Assembly (NCBI RefSeq): GCF_964355755.1
Contig: NC_092680.1
Span: 20,469,045-20,533,044, forward strand
Source of the DNA: Antedon mediterranea
Lineage: Eukaryota; Animalia; Echinodermata
Direction: 5' to 3'
Length of the DNA: 64,000 nt
Part shown: one piece after another, positions 61,834 to 64,000 of the stretch
Numbering within the stretch: position 1 is the stretch's first letter
Layout of the letters: every line of letters starts with the position of its first letter
The notes under the pieces: generated by a model
What the model was told of the DNA's origin: nothing
Database searches by the model: none
What the model saw: only the letters and a program-made list of their open reading frames with translations
Program-made: the position numbers and the translations under genes

Positions 61834-62552
61834 GTAAGTTTTATTTTGATTTTCTTTTTATATTTGAAATTTATAAGAATATATCACATTTTTGCATGTT
61901 CATAACTCGTATCGACTTGATGTCGCAGGTATCTTATTCAACTGTAACTGTTTCGTTTCACTGAAATCCCATTTGTTATTTCATTTTTTTTTATTATTAT
62001 ATTGTGTCATCTGTGAATAGGATGACATTTTTATCATTGGACAAAATGTATTTGCGTATAATATCAATATTATGTTGCTTCAATTGTAATAAGGATTGTG
62101 GATAATGATTTGTCCTAGAATAAGTTTTATAAACCGCCGTTCGAGACTATGATGACGTGAGCATAAAGCTACCTAAAGAATAATGAATCAAAATAATTTG
62201 TAATTCATTTTTTCTGTTTATTTTGTATATTTCTTTATATATTGTTCACTTTCTCAGATGGCCAAATTTAAAAACCTTGCAGTTTCTGTTGAGTATACTT
62301 TTTCTTCTCTCAAATATTGATATTACTTTCCAGTATCGTGGGGATGTTAACAAATTTTATCTTTATTTTACAATATATGTTATAAAATATGCCTATACAC
62401 TGTAAAAATAGTGTTTAGATCTTAAACATGTATTTTTTACCCGCTTTTTTCCACACATTTATCCTGAAACGTGTTTAGATATTAACATGTTTAGGAATAC
62501 ATTAGCGTGTTTTAGTTTTGTGTACTTTAATAAGCGAGGTTTATACCAAAAA

Positions 62553-62940
62553 AAGAATTAATATAGGTAAATATGCAGACAATTTTTTTCAAAGCTAATT
62601 CCTCAAAGGCAGGAAATTATTCAGAAATTAATATAGTTAAATATGAAATTAAGCTGACAATTTTTTTCAAAGCCTTCTCAAAGGCTGGAAATTATTCAGA
62701 AATTAATATAGGTAAATATAAATTTAGGCAGAACATTCTTTTTCAAAGCTTCCTTAAAGGCTGGAAATTATTCAGAAATTAATATAGGTAAATATTCAAT
62801 TAGGCAGACAACTTTGTTCAAAGCTAATTACTTAAAGGCTGGAAATTATTAGGAAATTAATATAGGTAAATATAAAATTAGGCAGAACATTTTTTTCAAA
62901 GATAATTCATTAAAGGCTGAAAATTATTCAGAAATTATTC
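62553..62940. repeat. ~65-70-bp tandem repeat x6
   Basis: Recurring GAAATTAATATAGGTAAATAT..GGCAGA..TTTTCAAAGCT..AAAGGCTGGAAATTATTCA. Confidence 0.9.
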
Positions 62941-63724
62941 AAATGCAATAGGAATCAGTGCTATTATTACAATATTAATTCCGATTGTTACGATATGATA
63001 AACAAGTTGGTATTTGCATTAAATGACGTGTAATTGATCAGAAGGGTATGCTCACATGCTATGCTCATCCAATCTGTCACATTTTTTAGTCACGTTAGCT
63101 TTCTTAAAATCCGGTTTTAGAAAACAATTTCGGTAATAGAAAATACGTTTCATTGTAATTAAACAATAATATGTATATTTAATGAATATAGCAGTGGTAT
63201 TGAATAAGAGAAGATTGATATTATGACGACACAGTTTTTATAAAGATAAGAAGACGATGAATCATGCTAAAAAAGAGAAAGTCAAACAATGTTTACACAA
63301 AATTGGAGTAGGCCCTACTAAGAAAAAGACTGTTTAAATATTTTGCGATAAAAGATGTCAATGCCACTACGGAATAGATATTGCATGTCATGAGGGAACA
63401 GCAAAGATGTCGGGAATAGGGAGGACGAGAGCAAAAGAAGAAGAAGAAAGGAGAAGGTGTACAATGACAACGTCGATGCTACGGGTTAGACCATATGAAC
63501 AGAGGAATAATGACGATAAGAAAAGTGCACTGATGACGATAAATATAGTGAAAGTTTGGATGATCATCAAATAATACGAATAATGATGACGATGACACTG
63601 AGTACAAAATGATAATTACGATGCATGTCAAGAAGATATAACAATGTTTATTTGCTCTCAAGTGCTCAAATTAGACACACACGAACCACGGTCCCGAGTT
63701 AATAACCTTTACTCGGCGAAACGT

Positions 63725-64000
63725 GACAGATTCTTCCCTGGTTTACCGGAGTATTCGTGTTCTACACTATAGGGCCTACCGAAAAGACGACAGATTCTTC
63801 CCTGGTTTACCGGAGTATTCGTGTTCTACACTATAACTACCGAAAAGACGACAGATTCTTCCCTGGTTTACCGGAGTATTCGTGTTTTACACTATATAAC
63901 TACCGAAAGAAGAGTGACAGATGCTTCTCTGGTTTACCGGAGTATTCGTGTTTTACACTATATAACTACCGAAAGAAGAGTGACAGATGCTTCTCTGGTT
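63725..64000. repeat. ~62-65-bp tandem repeat continuing off the window end
   Basis: Unit GACAGATTCTTCCCTGGTTTACCGGAGTATTCGTGTTCTACACTATAACTACCGAAA, more than 4 copies. Confidence 0.92.

Noticed and set aside
63388-63661. Hydrophobic minus-strand ORFs
   Set aside because: They derive from GAT/GAC/GAA-rich low-complexity sequence and show no recognisable domain.

Overview
AT-rich eukaryotic DNA with spliceosomal introns, probably from a marine invertebrate such as an echinoderm (inference; taxon cannot be confirmed here). Positions 1-17 kb are transposon-rich, with three intronless rhodopsin-class GPCR genes and one GPCR pseudogene fragment. Positions 17-53 kb hold four multi-exon genes in two head-to-head pairs, reconstructed by hand from GT-AG junctions: PEX3 (-) / syntaxin-7/12-like (+), and NOL10 (-) / a HAD-phosphatase-choline dehydrogenase fusion (+). 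Positions 53-64 kb are mostly repeats. The most notable item is the ~860-aa fusion: mitochondrial presequence, intact HAD phosphatase, a second presequence-like linker with an MPP-type cleavage motif, then a complete choline dehydrogenase. It may be a mitochondrial polyprotein coupling phosphocholine hydrolysis to betaine synthesis (inference). Family calls rest on recognised motifs and recalled homolog sequences; no searches were run.
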